Sequence record: OL960581
Direction: 5' to 3' (one strand)
DNA from: Escherichia phage vB_EcoM_SA20RB
DNA length: 64,000 nt
Numbering within the stretch: position 1 is the stretch's first letter; every line of letters begins with the position of its first letter. The position numbers and the translations under genes were made by a program. The notes beneath the pieces were generated by a model that was not told the DNA's origin, searched no databases, and worked only from the letters and a program-made list of their open reading frames with translations. This document shows, one piece after another, positions 1 through 8,831 of this stretch.

Positions 1-11
1 AATTTTCCTTA

Positions 12-2189
12 TTAGGCCGCAAGGGCCTTCATAGTTTTAGCGATTTGGGAAACTTCATCATCACTTAAAGAGTTGCGATAACCGATGAAGTCGGAAACAA
101 TACGGAATTTCTTGGTAAACTCAGCAACCATTTTATCACTGTTTTTTGAAGCATTACGTGATAATTCATCAAAAAGATTAGTTACTGTCCAGATGTCATG
201 ACCGATGGTATCTTTTCCACCGTTGAAATATATACCCTGCAATGAACTAACCATATTACCAAGGCGAGTATATTCTTCGGAAACTTCATCTACACTGAAG
301 TACTTCATCATAAAATCTAGTTCAGGATACTTAATAATTTTATCAATATATCGTTTAGCTGAACTTGAATAACCTACATACTTATCATAATCTACAGCAT
401 CAAAAGCATCTACATATAAATCACGCAGAGTTTCAAAAATACATTGGCACTGACCAAGTTCTTTTACCTTTTTCTGCAAAAGCGGACGAATAACATAAAA
501 TTCATTAATACCAATAAGATTAGCCATACGAGTCAAAATACTCGTAGATGGATGACAAAGCGATGTAGTACCATCCATAGAGAAAATATCAGAACGATGC
601 ATATATGCTACATAACCAGTAATTTCATCTGCTTCTGATGTGAGTGTAAATAGTTCCTCTTTTTCCCAGCGTCCGTCTTTAATTTCAAACTTAAATGCAG
701 TAGCAGCTTTAGGACGAGGAGCTTTACTTTTAACTGCCTTCGGAATATAACTTTTAACTAAAGCTTCAATTTCTGACAAATAATGAATGTTAACTTCATC
801 ACTTTCAAACATTGCCATAATATCAGGAAGCAAATCAATCTGCGATTCTACTTCTGGATTAATAAACAGAAGCCGCTCATTGTGATGAATATTTAAGGTG
901 TTATTAAATTCACTATCATCTAACGCGCGTGCTAATCCACGGACAATATTAACACGATTTTTAGTATTATCAATAACAATATTAATTTTTGTCGTATTAA
1001 TACCAAACAGACGATAGCTTGACGCAACGGCTGAAGTTTCATGGCTTTGCTTAATGCGTTTCAGTCGAGGGTCAAGATTTACTTCATACACAACCCCTGC
1101 ATTGCATAACTTACTGTCAGGTTCAAACATGCTCTGCATCTTTTTATATGACAGATTTTTAGTCGTGAATTTGACTGAATTGCTAATCATATAATCTCGA
1201 GCAGAATATCCCATCTTCATCAATTCACGGTATGTATGACGAGGAGATGTAGATTCTTTAAATCGTTTTACATCTTCATTAAATGCCTGCTCACTGAGCT
1301 CTTTAACACGCTCAATAATATTTTTACGAGTACGATCATCTAATGAAAGAGCTTCGCGTGATGGAGCAATATCAAGTGAACCCATTGGAAACTTAATGTA
1401 ATTCACTTCATTGCGGATGCTTAACCAGTTACGATCTCTAATAACACCTTCGATAGGATAAACAATGCCGCCATAGATAGCATACAATCCACCGCGATCT
1501 GGCCAGTATCTTTCTGGATTTACACCGTAATAGTCATCAAAATCCGGAAAATAATCAATTTCGCGGTCAAGACCATTAATGATAGCCAAATCTTTGAATG
1601 GTCGCATGATATAAGAAACTTCATAAGCAAAGTTTCTAAAGTCTTTTTCTTCAACTGGAACTACGATTTCAATACCAGTTTTATCATCTGGACCCATTTC
1701 TTTTACGAATGTAGGTTTAATCTGCGGACCATCACCATCCATGTAAGCTACATAACCACGAATTTCACCTTTATGATATGAAGTAATACTAAATGTATCA
1801 GTATAACTAAACGGAGATTTAGAACCTAAACCAAATCCACCAATGAAATCGTTAGATTCAGCCTTAGATGAACTAAAGTATGAATTATACAACCCAGGAG
1901 AATTATCATCACCCTGAATATCAAAATCGCTCATACCTGGACCAAAATCTCGGCAAACAAATCGCGGATCTAATCGTCCTGGAACTTGAATGATAAATTT
2001 TTCAGGATTTCCATTAAGAGCATGGGCATCAATCATGTTGGTAATCAATTCACGAACCACTGCGCGAATCTTGTTTGTATACAAATCAGATGACAGAATT
2101 TTAAATACTTTAGGATTTGCTGCGATGCTAAATGCCTTTGATTTAGAACCATTACCAAGAATTGTTTCTTTTTCAGTGGTGATAATCAT
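12..2189 (-). CDS. rIIA: rIIA protein (GHKL-type ATPase-like N-terminus)
   Basis: 725-aa ORF; length, N-terminus [20 protein letters not shown] and map position match T4 rIIA as I recall it. Confidence 0.93.
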   Translation of the reverse strand: MIITTEKETILGNGSKSKAFSIAANPKVFKILSSDLYTNKIRAVVRELITNMIDAHALNGNPEKFIIQVPGRLDPRFVCRDFGPGMSDFDIQGDDNSPGLYNSYFSSSKAESNDFIGGFGLGSKSPFSYTDTFSITSYHKGEIRGYVAYMDGDGPQIKPTFVKEMGPDDKTGIEIVVPVEEKDFRNFAYEVSYIMRPFKDLAIINGLDREIDYFPDFDDYYGVNPERYWPDRGGLYAIYGGIVYPIEGVIRDRNWLSIRNEVNYIKFPMGSLDIAPSREALSLDDRTRKNIIERVKELSEQAFNEDVKRFKESTSPRHTYRELMKMGYSARDYMISNSVKFTTKNLSYKKMQSMFEPDSKLCNAGVVYEVNLDPRLKRIKQSHETSAVASSYRLFGINTTKINIVIDNTKNRVNIVRGLARALDDSEFNNTLNIHHNERLLFINPEVESQIDLLPDIMAMFESDEVNIHYLSEIEALVKSYIPKAVKSKAPRPKAATAFKFEIKDGRWEKEELFTLTSEADEITGYVAYMHRSDIFSMDGTTSLCHPSTSILTRMANLIGINEFYVIRPLLQKKVKELGQCQCIFETLRDLYVDAFDAVDYDKYVGYSSSAKRYIDKIIKYPELDFMMKYFSVDEVSEEYTRLGNMVSSLQGIYFNGGKDTIGHDIWTVTNLFDELSRNASKNSDKMVAEFTKKFRIVSDFIGYRNSLSDDEVSQIAKTMKALAA

Positions 2190-2199
2190 AATTTCCTCA

Positions 2200-2403
2200 T
2201 TAATTCATATTGCGTTTAATAACTTCAGCAACTTCTAGTAGTTCATCTTTAGTTGCAGTATCGGATTGAATTTTATCTCTAATATCCTTAAAGCGGTTTT
2301 TAAACTCTTCGGCTTCTCCCATATCGAAAAAGCGTTGAATGATTCTATATTCTCGATGAACTGCTTTATCAAAAAGTTCTAAATTTACTCTATATGATTT
2401 CAT
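2200..2403 (-). CDS. rIIA.1: rIIA.1 small protein
   Basis: 67-aa ORF directly upstream of rIIA at the coordinates I recall for T4 rIIA.1. Confidence 0.7.
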   Translation of the reverse strand: MKSYRVNLELFDKAVHREYRIIQRFFDMGEAEEFKNRFKDIRDKIQSDTATKDELLEVAEVIKRNMN

Positions 2404-2428
2404 TTCAATATCCTCATTTGCCCAATTA

Positions 2429-2458
2429 ATTATACCACATCCTTGTGGTAAAGTAAAC
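2429..2458 (-). promoter_or_regulatory. early promoter with spacer hairpin (upstream of rIIA.1)
   Basis: Minus strand GTTTAC, 18 nt containing CCACAaggaTGTGG, TATAAT. Confidence 0.7.
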
Positions 2459-4278
2459 TATTGGCTCATCCATTCTTTACGAAGGTCAGCATTATCTCCC
2501 ATGAGCATTTCAAAAAGCTCCTTCCAATTCTCAGGAAGTTTAACAACATCATATACTGGATTTTGAATCATCTCACGATACTCAGATTTTTCCAAAGAGC
2601 CAAGTCCCTTAATATAACGGATGCTATGTTTAGGTAGAGCATCTTTAGCACTCTCATATTCAGCGACTGTATAAAACCATTCTTGTTTTTTACCGACCTG
2701 AGCGATGATTACAGGAGTTTTGACAAAGCGAATTCTTCCTTGTTCAAACAGTTCTGGCCAATTACTGAAAAATCCGAGCAGAGAAGGATAAATGCTTCCT
2801 AGACCATCATGGTCAGCATCGGTCATAATAGCAATATTATGATAATTCAAGTTTTCAGCTTTTTCACCAAGAACTAATCCAGTGATTGCGCAAATATCAA
2901 ACAGTTCTTTATTTTTAAGCATATCAGCATATGACATACCCCAACTGTTGAGAACTTTACCACGCAATGGATAACCGCCATGAAGTTCTTTATCACGAAC
3001 ATCAATAAGATATCCGATAGCAGAATCACCCTCAGTCAAGAAAAGAGTCGTGTCAGCATCTTTACCACAAAGATTCGCTTTAATATGTTTATGAACCTTA
3101 GCTTTAGAAGCCTTTTTAGCTGCTTTAGTTTCTGCTGCTTTTTCTGCCGCCAATTTACGAGCCAAGGCAGCTTCAATAATTGGCATCAAAATAGCTTCAT
3201 TATTTAGAATAGCGCGTGAAATCTTTTTAGCATCAAGTTGAATATGACTACGGATTTCACCAAATGGAGAAGTCAAACGCTCTTTAGTTTGAGAATCAAA
3301 TCGCATGTTTTTCATATCACGAACAAACATAACGATAGTCAAACATTCTTTAACACGTGCTTTAGTTACATCAATTTTGAACTTACGTTTGATTTGTGGA
3401 ATAAGGTCTTCACAAATATCATCCATAACACAGTCAATGTGATGGCCACCATTCTTAGTGTGAATGTTATTCACATAAGTTAATTGGCGAAATCCATCCG
3501 GTGAACGACCAACCGCAATAGAACAATTTTCTTGTTCTTGAACAATAGCATGTTCATCATACTGTCGTGCATATTTCTTAAAATTACCCTGAACCTTTTT
3601 ACCATTAAAGGTAAATTGAATATCAGGATAAACAACAGCAAGTGTCTGGAGACGATCTAGTGTAATGTCAAGATAAACTTGGGACAGCTCATTAGTTTCA
3701 AATGACATAAAATCTGGAATGAAAGTAACACGAGTTCCTTTCCATTTTCCAGGAATAGTTTCCCAGGATTTATTTTCCATGCCATTTGAACAACGAACTA
3801 CAATATTATTTTGACCATCACCAGTTTCACCAACAAACATCACAGAAAAAATGTTAGTTAAACTAGAACCAACACCATTCATACCACCGGTGACACGTTC
3901 TTTATCATCACCGAAGTTACCACCTGCTTTTGGAATAGTCCAAGCAGCAACTGGACCAGGAATTTCTTCACCGGTAGGTGTTTTAACCATCGCTTGTGGA
4001 ATACCGCGACCGTTATCTTCAACTGTTACCTGATTATTTTTAATGGTAACATTAATTTTATTCGCGAATTTAAACTTAGTACGAATACCTTCATCTACTG
4101 AGTTATCGATAATTTCATCAATAAGCTTAACAAGACCAGGTACATACTGAACACTTTCCCATTTACCAAACAGAAAGCGCTCATGCATTTCATTAGCAGA
4201 AGAACCAATGTACATGCCGCTACGCTTTTTGATATGTTCAATATCGCTCAGAATTTTAATTTCATTCTTAATCATCAC
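2458..4278 (-). CDS. 39: DNA topoisomerase II large (ATPase) subunit, uninterrupted gp39+gp60 equivalent
   Basis: 606 aa; starts (M)MIKNEIKILSDIEHIKKRSGMYIGS like gp39 and ends ...TDADHDGLGSIYPSLLGFFSNWPELFEQGR...RKEWMSQ like gp60, contiguous across the T4 bypass site. Confidence 0.93.
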   Translation of the reverse strand: MMIKNEIKILSDIEHIKKRSGMYIGSSANEMHERFLFGKWESVQYVPGLVKLIDEIIDNSVDEGIRTKFKFANKINVTIKNNQVTVEDNGRGIPQAMVKTPTGEEIPGPVAAWTIPKAGGNFGDDKERVTGGMNGVGSSLTNIFSVMFVGETGDGQNNIVVRCSNGMENKSWETIPGKWKGTRVTFIPDFMSFETNELSQVYLDITLDRLQTLAVVYPDIQFTFNGKKVQGNFKKYARQYDEHAIVQEQENCSIAVGRSPDGFRQLTYVNNIHTKNGGHHIDCVMDDICEDLIPQIKRKFKIDVTKARVKECLTIVMFVRDMKNMRFDSQTKERLTSPFGEIRSHIQLDAKKISRAILNNEAILMPIIEAALARKLAAEKAAETKAAKKASKAKVHKHIKANLCGKDADTTLFLTEGDSAIGYLIDVRDKELHGGYPLRGKVLNSWGMSYADMLKNKELFDICAITGLVLGEKAENLNYHNIAIMTDADHDGLGSIYPSLLGFFSNWPELFEQGRIRFVKTPVIIAQVGKKQEWFYTVAEYESAKDALPKHSIRYIKGLGSLEKSEYREMIQNPVYDVVKLPENWKELFEMLMGDNADLRKEWMSQ

Positions 4279-4327
4279 TTATCCTCGTTTGGTTTCGGGA
4301 ATATTATACTCCAATAATCATAAAGCT

Positions 4328-4345
4328 AAAGGCCCGAAGGCCTTT
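4328..4345 (-). terminator. UUCG-tetraloop hairpin after gene 39
   Basis: AAAGGCC-UUCG-GGCCUUU on the minus-strand RNA. Confidence 0.6.
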
Positions 4346-4614
4346 TATTTAAAACGAATAGTCGAATCCTTGAAGAATAGACCAGAACATACTGTTCCTT
4401 CTACTTTCTGCCCAGTAGGTCCAATAGCACGAAATCCAGTATGTTGGAAATCATTTTCAGAGCAACCGAACCAATTATATCCAGTGATTTCAATATTAGT
4501 AAAACCACTTGAAGACAAAACTTTGGTTGCATTATCAGCATCAGTACATCCTATTAAAGACACTGCTAATACTAATGCTGCAATAGAACGATTAATATAT
4601 TTCATAATTTTCAC
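4345..4614 (-). CDS. small putative lipoprotein
   Basis: 89 aa; signal peptide followed by lipobox-like SLIGC; in the 39.1 slot. Confidence 0.55.
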   Translation of the reverse strand: MKIMKYINRSIAALVLAVSLIGCTDADNATKVLSSSGFTNIEITGYNWFGCSENDFQHTGFRAIGPTGQKVEGTVCSGLFFKDSTIRFK

Positions 4615-4988
4615 TTAAATTTAATGGCTTGAAGAAGACTAATAACTCTCAAGCGGCTTCTTTCATCTTTAACTGTAAAGGAAAGAGGGTCACCAGATTT
4701 CATAGTGATAGTGCATCCAAAATCAAAATTTTCGGGAACTTCTTCGAAGAAGTCAAATTCTTCAGCATAAATTAGAACATTACTCTGCGTACTGTGAAGA
4801 ATTTTTCCGTCATTTCCAGATGCTGTACTAATCATCGTAACATTATGACCTTTCATATCTTCAACGATAAATTCGCTTGTAGATATTACAGCATTAATAG
4901 AACCATTCCTATAAATAGCAGACATTAGATATTTCTTTTCTTCGCCTTCGCGAATACGATATTTCTTACCGATTTTAAACATAATCAC
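4611..4988 (-). CDS. hypothetical protein
   Basis: 125-aa ORF with GTG start at 4988 (ATG two codons in); 4-nt overlap with downstream ORF. Confidence 0.5.
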   Translation of the reverse strand: MIMFKIGKKYRIREGEEKKYLMSAIYRNGSINAVISTSEFIVEDMKGHNVTMISTASGNDGKILHSTQSNVLIYAEEFDFFEEVPENFDFGCTITMKSGDPLSFTVKDERSRLRVISLLQAIKFK

Positions 4989-5160
4989 CCTTTAAGTAAG
5001 TCGTAAAATCCACCATTCACATGCTTAGGAGCGGAAACTAACCGAATAGCAATCCGATGACAATCAGGACATACATCAGTATCCCTTTCAGAAATTTTCT
5101 TGATTTTTTCGTATTCTTTTGCGCAGTCTTTGGATTGACATTTATAATCATAAAGAGGCA
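4985..5160 (-). pseudogene. FmdB-type zinc-ribbon ORF split into two frames at an A6 run
   Basis: Frame 1 (5160 to 5038) gives MPLYDYKCQSKDCAKEYEKI... then stops at 40 aa. The -1 frame continues ...KISERDTDVCPDCHRIAIRLVSAPKHVNGGFYDLLKG to a stop at 4985. The switch point is the T6 run at 5103-5108. Confidence 0.5.
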
Positions 5161-5163
5161 TAA

Positions 5164-5583
5164 TTATTCCTTAAAGTGAGCTTTCAACATCTGATACAAT
5201 GACCATGCCTGTTCATTATTTTCAATAATAACTTTCATTACCGGGAATTCTGTGAAATCTTCTATTTGTTCTTGCTCTTCCTGCTCTTGCTCTTCGGCTG
5301 CCTGATATGGATTTTCCACTTCATCAAAGAACCCAGCTTCACTTTTTGAAAGCCAAATAAAGTCTTCATCCAAAACATCTTTACCAGAAGATAGTACTAA
5401 ATTTCCAGTAGATGACAAAATTTTAATAGGACGCCCAAGAGCATCCACATCTAAAATTTTAAAAGGATACATACCTAAACGTCGCGCATAGATTCCGTTA
5501 TCAGTATGGTCTTTAATAAAATTTTCTTGAGCTTGTTTATTTTTAAATTGATACCATTTATTAACTTCAAATTTAATAGCCAT
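5164..5583 (-). CDS. goF: hypothetical protein in the goF (comC-alpha) slot, acidic [10 protein letters not shown] tract
   Basis: 139 aa; size and position match T4 goF as recalled; sequence identity not verifiable here. Confidence 0.45.
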   Translation of the reverse strand: MAIKFEVNKWYQFKNKQAQENFIKDHTDNGIYARRLGMYPFKILDVDALGRPIKILSSTGNLVLSSGKDVLDEDFIWLSKSEAGFFDEVENPYQAAEEQEQEEQEQIEDFTEFPVMKVIIENNEQAWSLYQMLKAHFKE

Positions 5584-5798
5584 TAATAAATTTCCTTCCA
5601 GTAAGTTGTGCCGTCTTCAGTAATTTCACGAAATACACCGTAAATTGGCTGTTTATCACCGACTTTCTCATACACATAAACAGAAGTCAAGTGAGTAAAC
5701 TTGCTAGTATGTTCCTTTTGAACTACTACCAAATTTGGATCAAATAATACATCTTCAAATTCATCATTAGTGCAGTTCTGAACAATTTTACGTTTCAT
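5583..5798 (-). CDS. cef: small protein in the cef slot
   Basis: 71 aa, same length and position as T4 Cef as recalled; ATGA-type overlap with downstream ORF. Confidence 0.5.
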   Translation of the reverse strand: MKRKIVQNCTNDEFEDVLFDPNLVVVQKEHTSKFTHLTSVYVYEKVGDKQPIYGVFREITEDGTTYWKEIY

Positions 5799-5865
5799 TA
5801 CAATTTCCTCATTAATTAAACATTGGAGCGATGCGTTTCAGAAGAGTATCAGCACCTTTAGCGAA

Positions 5866-5945
5866 TTTCCATTTTATTCTCCAAGTTGTTTTCTGTATCA
5901 GTAGTTGATATTGATATAGTACCATAATCAACTACTGATGTATAT
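5866..5945 (-). repeat. orphan promoter-cassette relative with a perfect 13-bp hairpin and a 4-codon mini-ORF
   Basis: cattttattctccaa leader; ATCAGTAGTTGAT (5897-5909) pairs with ATCAACTACTGAT (5927-5939) around GGTACTATA. Confidence 0.6.
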
Positions 5946-5969
5946 AGTTTTATGAAAAAATTTTAAACT

Positions 5970-6458
5970 TTATGCATAGAGAGCATTGCTATAGTGTTTA
6001 ATCCAACTTTCAGGAATGACTTTGTATGTTCCTAAAAATACCACATTGTACAGCTTAACACCATCTTCTACCCATTGATCGGTAATGTATCCACACATAG
6101 CACGAGTATAAACAACCCTTCCATCGTCTTTGATAAAGTTAAATTCACAAGGAGCAACGAACTTGATAGCTTGACCGAGTTTCCACTTAAAGTCTACGCC
6201 TACATGCGAAGTATCAATCGTTTCAATTCCTTTAGCAGGAACAGCTTTCAAAAACGCAGACTCAAGAAATTTCGCACGAACATAGCCAAACTGAGGTTTA
6301 GACTTTCCATCTTTAGGAATGATACGCACTTTTACTTCAGAATCTTCATCTTTAACACCGTGTTTAAGCTGAATGCTTACAATTTCAACCAATTTTCCTG
6401 CTGCTTTAGAGCGGGATTTATCAGATACACGAGCTAATTCACCAATATTAATAATCAT
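5970..6458 (-). CDS. motB: MotB-like protein (modifier of transcription)
   Basis: 162 aa, the T4 MotB length, in the right slot; C-terminal half is paralogous to the next ORF. Confidence 0.55.
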   Translation of the reverse strand: MIINIGELARVSDKSRSKAAGKLVEIVSIQLKHGVKDEDSEVKVRIIPKDGKSKPQFGYVRAKFLESAFLKAVPAKGIETIDTSHVGVDFKWKLGQAIKFVAPCEFNFIKDDGRVVYTRAMCGYITDQWVEDGVKLYNVVFLGTYKVIPESWIKHYSNALYA

Positions 6459-6502
6459 AGTTATCTCTCACTTGTTAAAAAGATTTTATACTCCACAGGA
6501 CC

Positions 6503-6532
6503 ATTATACTCTGGTCCCAAGAGTTTGTAAAC
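6503..6532 (-). promoter_or_regulatory. early promoter upstream of motB
   Basis: GTTTAC, 18 nt, TATAAT on the minus strand. Confidence 0.65.
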
Positions 6533-6534
6533 TA

Positions 6535-7077
6535 TTAATTCAAAATAGCTACCACTGCACTACGAGGTACTACACTAAAATCACCTGCATGAACAACGTT
6601 CAGAAGTTCAACACCATCTTCAATCCACTGGTCTGTTACCCAACCACAGACCGAAATAAATGGGGTCTTGATAACTACAGCACGAGTTAGAAGGTCAGTA
6701 GGATCGCATTCTTGGAAGAGGATAAGCTCTGCTTCAAAGACTATAGTTTTAATTACTTCATCATTATCTAAGCGTTGTGCTCGAATCACGTAAGCTTTAT
6801 TCTTATCATGCCAATTACTTTTTGAAAAACTTTTAACCACAAACTCGCCTTCACCCAAAACACTGGTCAATGCTTTATAACCCAAACTTAGTTCAGTAGT
6901 TTTAATTTCAGTTTCAACCAGTTTGTAGGTTTTGTCAATTTCGATGGTCCGAGCAGTCATAAAAGTTTCCTTAATTTCTAATGGTTTAACAAGAGTGCCG
7001 TATATGCTTGCTATATCCATATCAAATATTTTATCTATAGGATTTGGGGTGTATTCAGGATTATAATTAAATTTCAT
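6535..7077 (-). CDS. MotB paralog
   Basis: 180 aa; C-terminus CGWVTDQWIEDGVELLNVVHAGDFSVVPRSAV aligns with CGYITDQWVEDGVKLYNVVFLGTYKVIPESWI of 5970..6458. Confidence 0.55.
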   Translation of the reverse strand: MKFNYNPEYTPNPIDKIFDMDIASIYGTLVKPLEIKETFMTARTIEIDKTYKLVETEIKTTELSLGYKALTSVLGEGEFVVKSFSKSNWHDKNKAYVIRAQRLDNDEVIKTIVFEAELILFQECDPTDLLTRAVVIKTPFISVCGWVTDQWIEDGVELLNVVHAGDFSVVPRSAVVAILN

Positions 7078-7079
7078 AA

Positions 7080-7583
7080 TTATCTCATTTCAATAAAATC
7101 TACAAGTTCAGCATGGGATTTGCGGAACATTACTTGATGTCCTCCAATGATAACTTGGTCATCTGGCACTTCGTATACAGCAAGATAAAATCCTTTAGAA
7201 GATAATTCTTCACGCTCTTCTCGGGTGAACCATCTCATCATATCATATTCACTAGCGAAAGCAAAATGATAAAGAGCTATAAACCATCCTGGAATATAGT
7301 GATCTACGCCTACATATTCCTCTTTCTCAAATTTAGTATTAATTGCTATATTAGCATTTTTAACTAATAATTTGTCTTCGCGCGGAAGAGGAATTCTTTT
7401 GTTATCATTACTATGATGCATAAAATTAGGTCTATCATAACCTACGTGTAATAACCACTCTTCGCTCCATGAATCTATTATACTCCTGTATGGCGTTATT
7501 TGAACACAAAGATTTCGACGTATTGTTATAGCATCTTCACAATTAAGAATACTAAAAGATGATTCAACACGATAAATTTTCAT
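7080..7583 (-). CDS. hypothetical protein
   Basis: Track ORF 7080..7622 trimmed to MKIYRVES because an early promoter (7611-7640) lies inside the N-terminal extension. Confidence 0.5.
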   Translation of the reverse strand: MKIYRVESSFSILNCEDAITIRRNLCVQITPYRSIIDSWSEEWLLHVGYDRPNFMHHSNDNKRIPLPREDKLLVKNANIAINTKFEKEEYVGVDHYIPGWFIALYHFAFASEYDMMRWFTREEREELSSKGFYLAVYEVPDDQVIIGGHQVMFRKSHAELVDFIEMR

Positions 7584-7610
7584 TTTATTATCCTCAGTAG
7601 CTATGATGTT

Positions 7611-7640
7611 ATAATACCACAACTAACCGAGGAAGTAAAC
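7611..7640 (-). promoter_or_regulatory. early promoter
   Basis: GTTTAC, 18 nt, TATTAT. Confidence 0.6.
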
Positions 7641-7646
7641 AACTTT

Positions 7647-8330
7647 TTATCGTTTTGTTGGAAGAGACAGAGGATCGCACTCTTCCTCTGACGGAGCATC
7701 TTCAAGACCCATAGCATATCGCAAAGCATACTTCATCATCAGGATGTCTTTCGCACAGTCATGAATAGAATCATGTGCAACGAATCCATCTAAAGTTCCC
7801 TTTGGAAGGGGGCATGTGGTCATATCACGAACAAGCAGAAGTGCTTCAATTCTGGTACGAATATCACGCTGATTCCAAAATTTACAAGGTTCTAACTTAA
7901 ATGTATCAAGCTCATTCTCGGAAACACCATTAAGACGTTGAATATCGCGAATGAGATCAACTAAAATTGGAAAATCAAACGACATTCCACGGCACCAGCC
8001 TTGAGATTTCCAAGGATCGATGTTATGTGCATTGATGTAATCATTAAATTTTGCAATACCATCGATAGTGCTTACATCTTCATCTGATGGTGCAATATTT
8101 TTTCGAGCTTCGGGAGACTGATTTTTCCACCATTCAATAGTGCTTTTAGTAAAAAGACGATGTCCTTTTTGGCTTTTTAAATCAAACTTGATTTTAATGC
8201 CACGTGAAACTAATTCATCAAATGTTTCAACTACTTCCGGATTAGGGTCAAAGGCAATAACAGCCAAATCAATAACAGCTGCCTTTTCACCGCTTCCCAT
8301 TGTTTCAAAATCTATAATAAAATCAAACAT
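7647..8330 (-). CDS. dexA: exonuclease A (DEDD-type 3'-5' exonuclease)
   Basis: 227 aa, the T4 DexA length; starts MFDFIIDFETMGSG (DxE exo motif); sits next to dda. Confidence 0.88.
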   Translation of the reverse strand: MFDFIIDFETMGSGEKAAVIDLAVIAFDPNPEVVETFDELVSRGIKIKFDLKSQKGHRLFTKSTIEWWKNQSPEARKNIAPSDEDVSTIDGIAKFNDYINAHNIDPWKSQGWCRGMSFDFPILVDLIRDIQRLNGVSENELDTFKLEPCKFWNQRDIRTRIEALLLVRDMTTCPLPKGTLDGFVAHDSIHDCAKDILMMKYALRYAMGLEDAPSEEECDPLSLPTKR

Positions 8331-8605
8331 TAAATTTTCCTCGCTAAATCGCGAATTTGACCTACAGTATAATCTTGGATATAAACTTTATTAATGGGCT
8401 CATCAATAAATTTTGCCATAGATTCAATATCTTTTTGTATCTCTTCAAGACTGTATACTATCTTTAAAGCTTTTTCGCGAATAGTAACATTATCAGGTCC
8501 TGAATTTTCTTGGATGACAGCTTTAATGTTTGCCATAAGAGATTTAAACTGCTGCAAACTTAATTCAATCATTAATAACCGCCTTATAAAGATGGCTAAT
8601 TTCAC
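8330..8605 (-). CDS. small helical protein (probable start MIELSLQQF at about 8572)
   Basis: 91-aa ORF, paralog of 8565..8825 (shared QF..L, LEEI..D, I.DY..G.I..L). Confidence 0.5.
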   Translation of the reverse strand: MKLAIFIRRLLMIELSLQQFKSLMANIKAVIQENSGPDNVTIREKALKIVYSLEEIQKDIESMAKFIDEPINKVYIQDYTVGQIRDLARKI

Positions 8606-8825
8606 CTAAAATGTAATCACTGATTGTAACAGTTTTTACTTCACCACAAAAGAATTCTAACGCAATCAAATCTCGTTCAATTTCTTCCAATTGAAGCATT
8701 AACTTGCCTGATTCAGTTTTCACATTTTTGCGATTTTTGCTATAAGCTATTTCATAAATTTCGCTTACTTTATCTTGAAGAAGATAAAACTGATCTTTAG
8801 TTATTTCCACGAATAGCTTCCTCAA
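8565..8825 (-). CDS. small helical protein, paralog of the previous ORF
   Basis: 86-aa ORF between dda and dexA. Confidence 0.5.
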   Translation of the reverse strand: MRKLFVEITKDQFYLLQDKVSEIYEIAYSKNRKNVKTESGKLMLQLEEIERDLIALEFFCGEVKTVTISDYILGEISHLYKAVIND

Positions 8826-8831
8826 ATTTAA

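Noticed and set aside
444-638. Plus-strand track ORFs lying inside minus-strand genes (444-638, 1990-2238, 2980-3207, 3238-3483, 3851-4033, 4208-4618, 6075-6690, 9540-9764, 18714-18968, 25153-25497, 29109-29525, 53022-53423 and the like)
   Set aside because: They are antisense shadows of well-supported genes. They lack RBSs, are rich in Ser/Phe/Ile/Asn codon-complement artefacts, and have no promoter in the plus orientation.
2780-2830. Searched gene 39 for the T4 gene 60 take-off/landing GGA codons with an in-frame stop and 50-nt coding gap
   Set aside because: The reading frame is continuous (GAT GGT CTA GGA AGC), with no stop and no gap.
7584-7622. N-terminal extensions of track ORFs (7080-7622, 15403-16014, 23940-24386, 47241-48293, 51690-52670, 13611-14120)
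   Set aside because: The extensions run across the gene's own promoter or leader, or use non-ATG starts. Internal ATGs with good RBSs give lengths matching T4 proteins where known.
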